The position numbers and the translations under genes are program-made. A stretch of 31,528 nucleotides of DNA from a virus (Duplodnaviria; Caudoviricetes), in IMG/VR virus record IMGVR_UViG_3300030095_002114, positions 1-31,528 of that record, one strand, 5' to 3'. Shown piece by piece: positions 17,505 to 25,819 of the stretch. The notes beneath the pieces are model-generated. The model saw nothing but the letters and a program-made list of their open reading frames with translations, had not been told where the DNA came from and searched no databases. Position 1 is the stretch's first letter. Each line of letters starts with the position of its first letter.

Positions 17505-17744
17505 ATGTCTTGCAAAAATTCTATCTTCCAAAAAGTTCTAACAGGATTAATTATTTTTAACACCGTTGGTTTAGTAGGAATTATTGGTGGAGGTTTTTAT
17601 ACCTATAAATATATAACCAGTGGTAGCTTTGAAAAACTTATAAAAAGTAAAGTGATGGGAGATATACAAAAAGCTCTTCCCAGTGCAATAGGAAATCAAT
17701 TACCTGCTATAACAGGAAAATCTATACCTCTGCCTATTAAATGA
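17505..17744 (+). CDS. Small membrane-anchored hypothetical protein
   Basis: Single N-terminal hydrophobic helix (VLTGLIIFNTVGLVGIIGGGFYTY); overlaps the next start as ATGA. Confidence 0.75.
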   Translation: MSCKNSIFQKVLTGLIIFNTVGLVGIIGGGFYTYKYITSGSFEKLIKSKVMGDIQKALPSAIGNQLPAITGKSIPLPIK

Positions 17745-18424
17745 GTATCTCCGATATATCCATACCAGATATATCCATACCTAATATCCCAGTTGAAATA
17801 ATTCCTCCTGTCAGAGTATTTGGTGGTTTTGTATCTAACCCAGCTTTTAGTGAACCTTCTTTATTACTACCTGGTTGCTATAAGACACACCGTGATGCGG
17901 ATAAAAATCCTAATCTTGTAAACGACGATCCCACCGGTGCATTCTGGGCTTGTCCGTGGGGGGAAGTACCTGAGATAACTCCTATCCAGTATGATCGTTC
18001 TAAGATGATCTACTCAAATGATGAAGTAAAGGAAGAGAAAACAGAAGAACCAGTAATACTTAAAGAACAAACAAAGACAGAAGTACCAAAAAAGAAAGAG
18101 GAGAAAACATTCTTCCCTCCCTGCCCAGATCCTAATTCAAAGCTGAGGGTAGGCTCATTCGCTAATGAGAAACGCTTAGAACGAATTAAGGAGTTTAAAT
18201 ATAATGAAGACAAGACACAATGCCTAACCATTTGGGAAGATGTCGATTATGTCTCTACTTGGATGCCAGAACCATCATTGGTCATAAACACAGTCATCAT
18301 AGCCTCCATAGCGGCGACCTCACCCGCCTTAATTAATATAATCAAAGCGGCAACAAAAAATATTATGAAAAAGATTACGGCTTCTCGGAAGAAACAGAAT
18401 GATAGTGAGACTCAATCTGATTAG
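17741..18424 (+). CDS. Cyanophage hypothetical protein with Ile-Pro repeats, Cys residues and a C-terminal transmembrane helix
   Basis: ISIPDISIPNIP N-terminus, PGC...C and PCP...C, hydrophobic LVINTVIIASIAATSPALINII followed by a basic tail. Confidence 0.8.
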   Translation: MSISDISIPDISIPNIPVEIIPPVRVFGGFVSNPAFSEPSLLLPGCYKTHRDADKNPNLVNDDPTGAFWACPWGEVPEITPIQYDRSKMIYSNDEVKEEKTEEPVILKEQTKTEVPKKKEEKTFFPPCPDPNSKLRVGSFANEKRLERIKEFKYNEDKTQCLTIWEDVDYVSTWMPEPSLVINTVIIASIAATSPALINIIKAATKNIMKKITASRKKQNDSETQSD

Positions 18425-19040
18425 GCTTCGGCGTTAAAACAACATCCTTGCAAACTTCATAGAAGGGTGAATTTTTTTTTACGTTTATTCCGGATTGCAT
18501 TAGCGTCCCACAATGCTTTATCCTTCCAACGTGCCACTCAAGCTCAAGGTTCTTTAACTTTTGCTGTTGAATACTTATTTGTGTTGAAGCAGCATCTTTG
18601 CATAACTTACCAAGTTTTCTATCTAATGGGATACTGAAATTTAATGTGATTCCTGTTCCTAAAGAATAAGAATCCTTGTTAGTACCTGAGTAATTCTGGG
18701 ACCAGTAGAGTATACGTCCGGGATTATCGGGCGTTCCGTCTCCGATTGGTGAACCATCATCATCAAAATCTCCTACTATATCAGTCGGATCATATACTGG
18801 TGTTTCATATCTATGATCAAAAGGTCTTTGGAAATTTGTATTGAATGTTGAGAAGGGAGTAATATTCATCATAGGTCCCTGACAGACTATGTTTCCACCA
18901 TATTGGTTGGTATGGAAATTACCATTATTGACATTATAATTTTGATTCGTAACGCTCCCTGTATTTGACTGACTTACTGCATTAGCTAATACTGCCGTGG
19001 GAGAAAGCAGTAATAGTAAAGCTACCTTTGAAAAATTGAT
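18375..19040 (-). CDS. Secreted/outer-membrane-type cyanophage protein; start uncertain (track start 19193)
   Basis: Signal-peptide-like KVALLLLLSPTAVLA, then YGGNIVCQGP, beta-strand-like SLGTGITLNFSIPLD, and further Cys residues. Confidence 0.7.
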   Translation of the reverse strand: MNFSKVALLLLLSPTAVLANAVSQSNTGSVTNQNYNVNNGNFHTNQYGGNIVCQGPMMNITPFSTFNTNFQRPFDHRYETPVYDPTDIVGDFDDDGSPIGDGTPDNPGRILYWSQNYSGTNKDSYSLGTGITLNFSIPLDRKLGKLCKDAASTQISIQQQKLKNLELEWHVGRIKHCGTLMQSGINVKKNSPFYEVCKDVVLTPKPNQIESHYHSVSSEKP

Positions 19041-19450
19041 TGTGTGATTTGCGTACTTTCTACGGTGATTTGTCGATTTATGGTTGTGACATTGGACAAG
19101 CCTGGTCCAGAATAACTTTCGCTTAATTGAAAAGCCGCTCCGTTTTCTGTTTGCTTCCACGTTGGCTTTGTACTGAAATCTAAACCAGTCCATGAATAAC
19201 TAACCCCATCTGTAGTTCCAGTTGTGTTTACAGCACTTGGTACCATATTACCGCTATTCTGCATCTCAATGCCAGTGCCAGCGATAGTATAGGTATATCC
19301 TGAATTATAGTCCTTAGATACCACTGATTCAACTATAGTTTGAGTTGTAGTGGTAGTCGAATTCATGGTCCCGGTAGTAAATGCACCTGATATGGGTGAT
19401 GCTTTTAAAGGGACAGGTAAAAATATAAACAGCAATATCAACTGTCTCAT
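19022..19450 (-). CDS. Secreted Thr/Ser/Gly-rich cyanophage protein
   Basis: Signal peptide MRQLILLFIFLPVPLKA; FTTGTMNSTT and GAAFQLSESYSGPGLSN motifs. Confidence 0.8.
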   Translation of the reverse strand: MRQLILLFIFLPVPLKASPISGAFTTGTMNSTTTTTQTIVESVVSKDYNSGYTYTIAGTGIEMQNSGNMVPSAVNTTGTTDGVSYSWTGLDFSTKPTWKQTENGAAFQLSESYSGPGLSNVTTINRQITVESTQITQSIFQR

Positions 19451-19451
19451 T

Positions 19452-19940
19452 CTATTCCAACGTTAATCCCACGATAAATTGCCCAGTCACACTAGTACCA
19501 GCTCCCCCGGCTACTATTGTTAGGTCATTTTTCGTATCAATTGTACCTGCAAGTGAACCAGCCACACCTGCCGCTGTACTCGTCAAATCCCCGAATGGAC
19601 TTGTCTCACCAACTGTTAAGCTTGTAGCTACTGTATCTCCAGCTGTATAACTAGAACTAAAAGCAAAAGCGTCCCCATCAGTAAGTTGGCTTGCTGTGAT
19701 CGCTGTATAAGCATTTACTCCATTGGTTGCAGCTCCCAAGCCACCCACACTCCCAGACGTGGTCCCATCGGTCGTATTGACTCCAGATCCAGAAATACTC
19801 ATAGAGTTACCGATACGATCTGCAGCTGTGGCTGCTGCTGAAACCTCTAGCTTTACTGAGCTAGAAATCGAGTGATAGATGTCACTTCGAGCTATAGAAG
19901 GGAAGGACAATAATATTAATAATGATAAATACTTCAACAT
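19452..19940 (-). CDS. Secreted Gly/Ser/Thr/Ala-rich cyanophage protein
   Basis: Signal peptide MLKYLSLLILLSFPSIARS; ISSSVKLEV, AGSLAGTI and AGGAGTSVTGQF motifs. Confidence 0.8.
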   Translation of the reverse strand: MLKYLSLLILLSFPSIARSDIYHSISSSVKLEVSAAATAADRIGNSMSISGSGVNTTDGTTSGSVGGLGAATNGVNAYTAITASQLTDGDAFAFSSSYTAGDTVATSLTVGETSPFGDLTSTAAGVAGSLAGTIDTKNDLTIVAGGAGTSVTGQFIVGLTLE

Positions 19941-19963
19941 TTTATTTTATAGACAAGTATTGA

Positions 19964-20428
19964 TTAAATTCTATCATCGCCAATTAATACCCGATCCTTA
20001 TAATAATTGTTCAAAAGCCAAGAACTACTGTTAATCTTATAGTCTCCTCCTACACCCCACTGAAATTTAACTCTTTTATTATTTGTGTAAGCATCTAGTT
20101 CTGGTGTGTTACCAACAATTCTGTCTCCTCCATTAGCAAATATAACTTCATCAGCTATGGATAGACATTTTTCTATAGCTCCACAAGCAGTTTTATCTGA
20201 GTCATCCCAATTTATAACCATTGAAACCATGTCCAAATGTTTAATAATATTGGATCTTTCATCCCAATCTTGAAATGCTTGTTTCTTTTTATCTATCAAC
20301 CATTCATCACTGTTTAAACCAATGACTAAAAAGTCAGATAATTCACTTGCTGCTTTGAAGTATTCGATATGTCCACTATGTATGGGATCGAATCCTCCTG
20401 TTACTAGCGTTAGTTTGTTTACGAACAT
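19964..20428 (-). CDS. Cytidylyltransferase-like nucleotidyltransferase (TagD / RfaE domain II-like)
   Basis: TGGFDPIHSGH (HxGH), GLNSDEWL, FANGGDR and KINSSS motifs. ATG at 20428 preferred over the track's 20437 start. Confidence 0.9.
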   Translation of the reverse strand: MFVNKLTLVTGGFDPIHSGHIEYFKAASELSDFLVIGLNSDEWLIDKKKQAFQDWDERSNIIKHLDMVSMVINWDDSDKTACGAIEKCLSIADEVIFANGGDRIVGNTPELDAYTNNKRVKFQWGVGGDYKINSSSWLLNNYYKDRVLIGDDRI

Positions 20429-20430
20429 GA

Positions 20431-20985
20431 TTAACAATCATTAAAGGATTTAGCAATTTCTCCTCCGACATCCGCACCTTTATTACCACCAAACATTGCA
20501 ACCCATCCAGCAGCTAACCAGCCTACTACAGGAATTTGGGATACAGCTGGGGCAGCTTGTGCTCCAATAGATGTACCTATCAATCTCCCTGTGGATTCTC
20601 CAGCTCCTTCAGTTTTTATACAAGCAATTAACTCATCAGTAATTTCTTCTCCAACTTTGGTAGATGTTTTACCAAGTAGAGTGTTCTCTTCGTATAAATC
20701 TACTTCCTCTTGCTTACCTCCGAATAGACCTTTGGGAGTAGATGTTCTTGTACGAGTTATAAATTTCTCTGGATCATTTGCTTTATAAGAAAGAGTGTAG
20801 CCGTTTTTAGTTGCAGTTAAGCGATAAGAAGTGTAAGGACCTACTGGTATATCGAAGGAGGGTATTTTTTTATGGTTTGATGTACTTACTAAATAAGTAA
20901 TCAAAGATACATTTGATGCACCTAATAAAACAGCAAGAGAGATCGAAAAGATAGATAATCTTTTGTTTTCTCTGTTGCTATACAT
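20431..20985 (-). CDS. Membrane protein with C-terminal glycine-zipper region
   Basis: N-terminal hydrophobic helix; YKANDP motif; GRLIGTSIGAQAA...GWLAAGWVAMFGGNKGADVGG. Confidence 0.8.
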   Translation of the reverse strand: MYSNRENKRLSIFSISLAVLLGASNVSLITYLVSTSNHKKIPSFDIPVGPYTSYRLTATKNGYTLSYKANDPEKFITRTRTSTPKGLFGGKQEEVDLYEENTLLGKTSTKVGEEITDELIACIKTEGAGESTGRLIGTSIGAQAAPAVSQIPVVGWLAAGWVAMFGGNKGADVGGEIAKSFNDC

Positions 20986-21229
20986 TTTTCTTAGTATCCG
21001 TAACTATTTTAGGGGCATTGCCATTTCCATTTTTCTTGTTTCCCACGGAAATTCCGTAGCTTCCGAGAACACCACTGACGAGTCCAGCAGTGAACGCTCC
21101 ATCTATTCTTACTTTGCCCATGTATCCAAGAGTCATCATTGATAAACTCCAGGTCAAAATAAGAAATCTTATAGCGTGACCAAACAAATCACCCCACTCA
21201 ATACCTTCTTTCTCTTTTGTATCTTCCAT
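20978..21229 (-). CDS. Small two-helix membrane protein
   Basis: AIRFLILTWSLSMMTLGY and FTAGLVSGVLGSYGI hydrophobic segments. Confidence 0.75.
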   Translation of the reverse strand: MEDTKEKEGIEWGDLFGHAIRFLILTWSLSMMTLGYMGKVRIDGAFTAGLVSGVLGSYGISVGNKKNGNGNAPKIVTDTKKNV

Positions 21230-21262
21230 TTATTAATGTAATGCTACATTAATTTTAAGTTA

Positions 21263-21433
21263 TTACTTCTTTGTGACAGGAAAGCCTAGTCCTTTTTTGA
21301 CCATGATTAAAGCAGCATCATCTAATTCTGTATCAGTAGACTCAACTAATTTTTCTAGCAATTGAATTACTAACTTCTTAACTGAATCTGAAGTAGCAAA
21401 TTTTATCAATATTGGTTTAATTAAAGCAATCAT
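21263..21433 (-). CDS. 56-aa hypothetical protein (MIALIKPILIKFATSDSVKKLVIQLLEKLVESTDTELDDAALIMVKKGL...)
   Basis: Translated by hand; ATG at 21433, TAA at 21263-21265; fills the gap between co-oriented genes; amphipathic helical pattern. Confidence 0.75.
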   Translation of the reverse strand: MIALIKPILIKFATSDSVKKLVIQLLEKLVESTDTELDDAALIMVKKGLGFPVTKK

Positions 21434-21459
21434 TGTTTTATGTGGTTAACACTCCTATT

Positions 21460-21894
21460 CTAAGACCTTTTCTTGTAAAAGAAAAATGATTTATGTTCTT
21501 CGGATATCACCCAAGGTATGTCTTCATGTGTAGCAAACCATTTCTTGTAAATTCTAAAGAGTTGATCTGACTTTGCACCTTCTGCTCTAAACACTAAACA
21601 ATCTCCATCAGGGATCTCTTTTATCCAGTCTTTTGCAGCATTAACAGCTATCCGTAAAGCTTTTACGTCTCTTTTTTTAGGGTGAAAATGGTTTAATTTT
21701 CTTACTCTCTTTCTTTTAGTTCTTTCATTTATCCAATCATTTAAAGCTCTATTACTTTTAGAAGCCACCATTCCTACCAGCCAAAAATATTTTCCATTGG
21801 GAAATTTAAAAGGTCTTCTTATTACTTTGAATTTATCCCCGTTGGATAACTTATCCGTTATTACTTTCTTTTTCCTACTTAATTTACACGTCAT
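21460..21894 (-). CDS. Basic hypothetical protein (about 144 aa, probable start MTCKLSRKKK)
   Basis: Track ORF 21460..21942. ATG at 21894 overlaps the end of the upstream CP12-like ORF, consistent with translational coupling. Confidence 0.65.
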   Translation of the reverse strand: MTCKLSRKKKVITDKLSNGDKFKVIRRPFKFPNGKYFWLVGMVASKSNRALNDWINERTKRKRVRKLNHFHPKKRDVKALRIAVNAAKDWIKEIPDGDCLVFRAEGAKSDQLFRIYKKWFATHEDIPWVISEEHKSFFFYKKRS

Positions 21895-22021
21895 ACACCT
21901 TACATTGTGGTAAGTAAGGCATTTGTTCACATGTTCTCTCAAATTTAGCAGCTAAACCTCCTTTTTTATTCTTCTTTGCTTTTCCGTCTAGTAGTAAATT
22001 GTAGAGTTTTCTAGCGTTCAT
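21884..22021 (-). CDS. 45-aa protein ending in a CP12-like C-terminal motif
   Basis: Translated by hand: MNARKLYNLLLDGKAKKNKKGGLAAKFERTCEQMPYLPQCKVYDV. C-x8-C-x2-YD with an internal Pro. ATG lies 2 nt after the upstream stop. Confidence 0.7.
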   Translation of the reverse strand: MNARKLYNLLLDGKAKKNKKGGLAAKFERTCEQMPYLPQCKVYDV

Positions 22022-22023
22022 TT

Positions 22024-22755
22024 TTATAAAGTAGTTGTATAAGCGGTTAAGAATTCTGGGAATGGTTCATTTTCTTGTCTTTCTCTACTCCAGGCTGACT
22101 TCCATTCCGTTAAGGAATGATCATGAGCGTCATCTCCAGTAAAGTTAGGAGTTGTGTCACAGATAATATTATCTTGTGTTGCAGTATCTTCAAATAGTAA
22201 ACGAGTAAAGTCTTCTAAAAGTAGAACAGGGAATGGATCTGAGATCTCAACTACTACACCTACAGCATAATCTATTGGTTCATTCCTGACACTAGATATA
22301 CAAATTAAATATTCTCCTATAGGTAAAGCAAAGTATCTATCATCTCCTCTATCTAATCTTCTTGCATCGAAAGTGTTATAAGTATCTGATTGTGCTCCTT
22401 GTACAGTTCCCAGATATGGATATTGTCTAGATCCATCAGTTGTACTGGTTTGATCAATACTATCTGCCTGGAATATAGCTCTTCCTTCTATAGGATTTTT
22501 ATTTAAATCATAAGCAGAAACGTTTACAAATTTAGGTTTAGTAGAACCATTAGCTATTATTATCCATCCACTTTGTTCTAATTTAACTTTAAACCAATGA
22601 TTAAAGGAACCTCCTCCATATCCTCCTGCATTAGGTCTTGAAACAGGACCTAAATTACCTTTTAAAACTCTAATAGAAGTTGAATTAAAAGTACCTATCT
22701 GTAGTGGATCAGCAGACGTCCTCTGTCTCTGTGGTCTCTGACTTACACGGGTCAT
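22024..22755 (-). CDS. Hypothetical protein (243 aa)
   Basis: Long ORF in an operon-like run; beta-sandwich-like pattern (NHWFKV...LPIGEYLICISS); no family recognised. Confidence 0.75.
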   Translation of the reverse strand: MTRVSQRPQRQRTSADPLQIGTFNSTSIRVLKGNLGPVSRPNAGGYGGGSFNHWFKVKLEQSGWIIIANGSTKPKFVNVSAYDLNKNPIEGRAIFQADSIDQTSTTDGSRQYPYLGTVQGAQSDTYNTFDARRLDRGDDRYFALPIGEYLICISSVRNEPIDYAVGVVVEISDPFPVLLLEDFTRLLFEDTATQDNIICDTTPNFTGDDAHDHSLTEWKSAWSRERQENEPFPEFLTAYTTTL

Positions 22756-22771
22756 ATCTTATTTTGTAGTC

Positions 22772-23443
22772 CTACCCTTCATCATAATCTGGAGCAGCCT
22801 CTACATGCAAAGGATGTGCGATAGTTGCCTTATAAGAATCTCTAATTATTTCCTGATCTCTATTTAACATACGTGCTTTAGATATCCTCATTAATTTCTC
22901 AGCATCAAAATCAATGTGAAAAGGAGTTAATTTAGAAGGAGGAAAACCTGCATTCCAGCTAGAGATCATGTGTAAAGGATTACCACACCATGGATTTCCA
23001 CACAAACGTGTCACACTCATAGTTCCTATATCTCCCCATGCACATTGGTAAATAGCTTTATGTGCGTTTACGTTTTCTGATTTTTGTCTACTATAAAAAG
23101 TTCTATAAGAGGGAAAACATACACGATTAGGACTCTTATTACCTGTTAATTTCATGTTCCAACATTCATCAGGCTCTCCTATCTCTACTTTTTTCCAGAG
23201 TTTATAATATTTATTTTTAAAATCGTTAGTTAAAAAGTTTAAATCAAAGCCACATATATTGGATTTAATTTTAAGTACACACTCATAACACCAATGATTT
23301 TCTATGTCCCTTATTTCATGTCCATGGGGACATTGATATCCACGATAATAACCATGATTATGTAACTCTGAATCATTTAATTCATGGATGTTTTTTACAT
23401 GTCTGAAGTTCGTAGTTTCAAACGTTTTTATTACATTAGCCAT
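22772..23443 (-). CDS. Zn-binding His-Me finger (HNH-like) protein, possibly inactive
   Basis: CPHGH...CYEC, then PDECW, AHKAIY and LCGNPWCGNPLHM. Confidence 0.7.
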   Translation of the reverse strand: MANVIKTFETTNFRHVKNIHELNDSELHNHGYYRGYQCPHGHEIRDIENHWCYECVLKIKSNICGFDLNFLTNDFKNKYYKLWKKVEIGEPDECWNMKLTGNKSPNRVCFPSYRTFYSRQKSENVNAHKAIYQCAWGDIGTMSVTRLCGNPWCGNPLHMISSWNAGFPPSKLTPFHIDFDAEKLMRISKARMLNRDQEIIRDSYKATIAHPLHVEAAPDYDEG

Positions 23444-23787
23444 TATATTTTAAATCCTGAAGCCATTATCTTTTTATTGTTAGGTGTCTTATAAGTCTCA
23501 ATCAAAGGAGTCCTGTTATCTCTAGTTTCTCCTAGGTGTTGTACGCTATGAGCATCAGGAGAGATTCCCATCCTTAAATAATAAACAATACGATGAACCA
23601 TATACACTTCGTTATCTATGGAGACCATATAATAACCAGTTGATTTGTTTAACTTACCCACTGGATCACCTGGACTGTTGCTAGCCTTATTTACACGCCA
23701 AACTAATCCATTTGGACACTGATTTGACAGCTTAAATAACTCGTTCAGCCGCCAAATTGGGGGCATTGGTTTATAATTTCTTGACAT
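23443..23787 (-). CDS. HNH endonuclease-like protein, truncated or degenerate
   Basis: GLVWR...GDPVG...GYYMVSID...YMVHRIVYYL..G matches the N-terminal half of phage HNH_3 proteins; the usual DHI...DNR..NL is degraded (VQHLGETRDNRTPL). Confidence 0.6.
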   Translation of the reverse strand: MSRNYKPMPPIWRLNELFKLSNQCPNGLVWRVNKASNSPGDPVGKLNKSTGYYMVSIDNEVYMVHRIVYYLRMGISPDAHSVQHLGETRDNRTPLIETYKTPNNKKIMASGFKI

Positions 23788-23975
23788 AAAACTGTGAATG
23801 AACTAATTTTCTTTTTGATTTTAACTTAAATAACAATTTGTCAATAGTGTAATGTTTATTCGCTGTTATTTAAGTCTCATAAGTCTATTAATAGACCTTA
23901 CATTTTGTCATAATATGTTATTTAGCTCACGACGAAAGTAAAAAGATTTCATTCTTAGTTTTAACAGAAAATGAA

Positions 23976-24015
23976 GTAAAAAGAAAACTCCCCCAGCTGT
24001 GATAGCAAGGGGAGT
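23976..24015 (-). terminator. Probable intrinsic terminator downstream of the cupin gene
   Basis: ACTCCCC (23987-23993) pairs with GGGGAGT (24009-24015), with an inner GCT/AGC pair, followed on the minus strand by TTTCTTTTT. Confidence 0.6.
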
Positions 24016-24060
24016 AGCACTTTGCAAACATGAACCTATGACCGAGGGGACCCAAATCCC

Positions 24061-24498
24061 TCAACCAGATACTAACGCTCTTCCATAGTCGTCTTCAAGT
24101 CTTTCTATATCTTCTTCATATAATTCCTTTCCGTGTTGTAATTCCAAGATAATTAGATCACCTCGCATAGCTTTTGCACGGTGCCAAGTATCAACTTCTA
24201 TAGTAAATTTGTCTTTAGGATGAGCTAGATGCCAAGTACCATCACAATAAACAGATCCAAAACCTGAAGCTATTATCCACACCTCAGTACGATGATGATG
24301 TTTTTGTAAACTTAAACGATTACCTTCTTCAATACATATTGTTTTTACCTTGAAGTCTTCTCCTTCCATAGTGGTTTGATACCATCCCCATGGTCTATAA
24401 ATTTTTATATGATAATTATTCTTATCTTCTTCTATTTGTTTTCTATTTATACAACAATTACAGTTACAATCTTCCCCTGTAAGATTATCTTTAATCAT
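24061..24498 (-). CDS. Stand-alone mannose-6-phosphate isomerase type II-like cupin
   Basis: RPWGWY, RLSLQKHHHRTEVW, WHRA and ELQHG...EEDIERLEDDYGR as in the ManC C-terminal cupin. ATG at 24498 preferred over 24555. Confidence 0.9.
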   Translation of the reverse strand: MIKDNLTGEDCNCNCCINRKQIEEDKNNYHIKIYRPWGWYQTTMEGEDFKVKTICIEEGNRLSLQKHHHRTEVWIIASGFGSVYCDGTWHLAHPKDKFTIEVDTWHRAKAMRGDLIILELQHGKELYEEDIERLEDDYGRALVSG

Positions 24499-24538
24499 GT
24501 TAATTTGGTTTAAAACTTTACTATAACTATAGCTAATT

Positions 24539-25804
24539 CTACTTTTTAGATCCAATCTTTCTAGATTTTTTTCTCTTTTTAGGTTTAATTCTTTTTTCAG
24601 GCTCTACTACGGAGTGATCAACACCGTTCAATGTGTCCTGGAAGACCCCACCGAACTGTGATGCAATGTTTTTCCAATGAAATTGAGGATCAGTAGCTCT
24701 TAGGTAGCAGAGTTCCGCTGTCGCTTTAAGTTTTCCTCTATCTTCATACAGTTCATTAAGGATGCTTGTAAGGTGATCAGCATCTGGGCAAGGCATTTCC
24801 CTAGCAAAAGTGGTGTCGACATCAACATGATTACAATTTATAAGTTGTCCGTAACCTTCAAATATCTCCTTACAAGAAGTGTGGTTAGGCACTACTTGGG
24901 CAACCTTACATGCAGCATGTTCAAAGTTCACCAGACCCCAGCCTTCGCCTTTACAAGTATTCACGCCTACATCACATACATTATATATAGTATTCAGCAT
25001 GTCCACTTCAACGTTAGGAGGATCTTGAGTATTCGTGGTCATTATTATTCTCCCATTAGGATCTAATCCACGTTTACGCATTTCCCTACTAAACAATGGC
25101 ATGATATCCCACCCTTGATCTTTCAATCCCATATGCAAATACATTCTGGTATCTGGTTTATCTACTGCAAACTTGGCAAATGCTTCACAAGTTATGTCTA
25201 ATCTTTTACGGAATTGGTTTCTATTACCGTTGAAAACAATAAATAAATCTTCATCTAACTTTAACTTCTTTCTAGCCTTCTTTCTGTCTACTGGATAGAA
25301 TTGACCCTCAGTTACGCCATGAGGAATTACTGCTATCGGTTGAGTTATTCCAGCTTTGATAAATTCTCTGGCTCCGAACTCGGTATATGAAACAATTCCA
25401 TCCCAATCATTGGCAGTATCTGTTAAACAGCCGACCCAATTGTAAGAATCCATGGGAACATATCCAATGAATTTAAACCTCTTATCTTTATGCATGTCTT
25501 GAATTTGTTTATATTGTTCATTAACAATCCACATGTCATTAATAGTAAATATAATATCGGGTTCAGTCTTCATCACTATTTCTCTAATACGCTCCTCTCC
25601 AAAGGGTGCAGTCTGGAAACGATTAGAGGAAGGATACATTGTATAGATCTTCTGTAGAGGAGAGGGATCTCCCCACCAATTGTTTCCTAATACTGTGATA
25701 TCAAAATCATCTTTAAGGAACGGTAATACGTTTTCGGTTACTCTGGCAAATCCTGTCTTAGCTACTATATCTCCTACCCATAAAAGCTTTGGTTTTTTAT
25801 TCAT
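24539..25804 (-). CDS. GT-B fold glycosyltransferase (family 4 / Glycos_transf_1-like)
   Basis: TGFARVT, VIPHGV, NRNQFRKRLD, and EGWGLVNFEHAAC (E-x7-E motif). Confidence 0.92.
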   Translation of the reverse strand: MNKKPKLLWVGDIVAKTGFARVTENVLPFLKDDFDITVLGNNWWGDPSPLQKIYTMYPSSNRFQTAPFGEERIREIVMKTEPDIIFTINDMWIVNEQYKQIQDMHKDKRFKFIGYVPMDSYNWVGCLTDTANDWDGIVSYTEFGAREFIKAGITQPIAVIPHGVTEGQFYPVDRKKARKKLKLDEDLFIVFNGNRNQFRKRLDITCEAFAKFAVDKPDTRMYLHMGLKDQGWDIMPLFSREMRKRGLDPNGRIIMTTNTQDPPNVEVDMLNTIYNVCDVGVNTCKGEGWGLVNFEHAACKVAQVVPNHTSCKEIFEGYGQLINCNHVDVDTTFAREMPCPDADHLTSILNELYEDRGKLKATAELCYLRATDPQFHWKNIASQFGGVFQDTLNGVDHSVVEPEKRIKPKKRKKSRKIGSKK

Positions 25805-25819
25805 TTAAGAAGTGTATTC

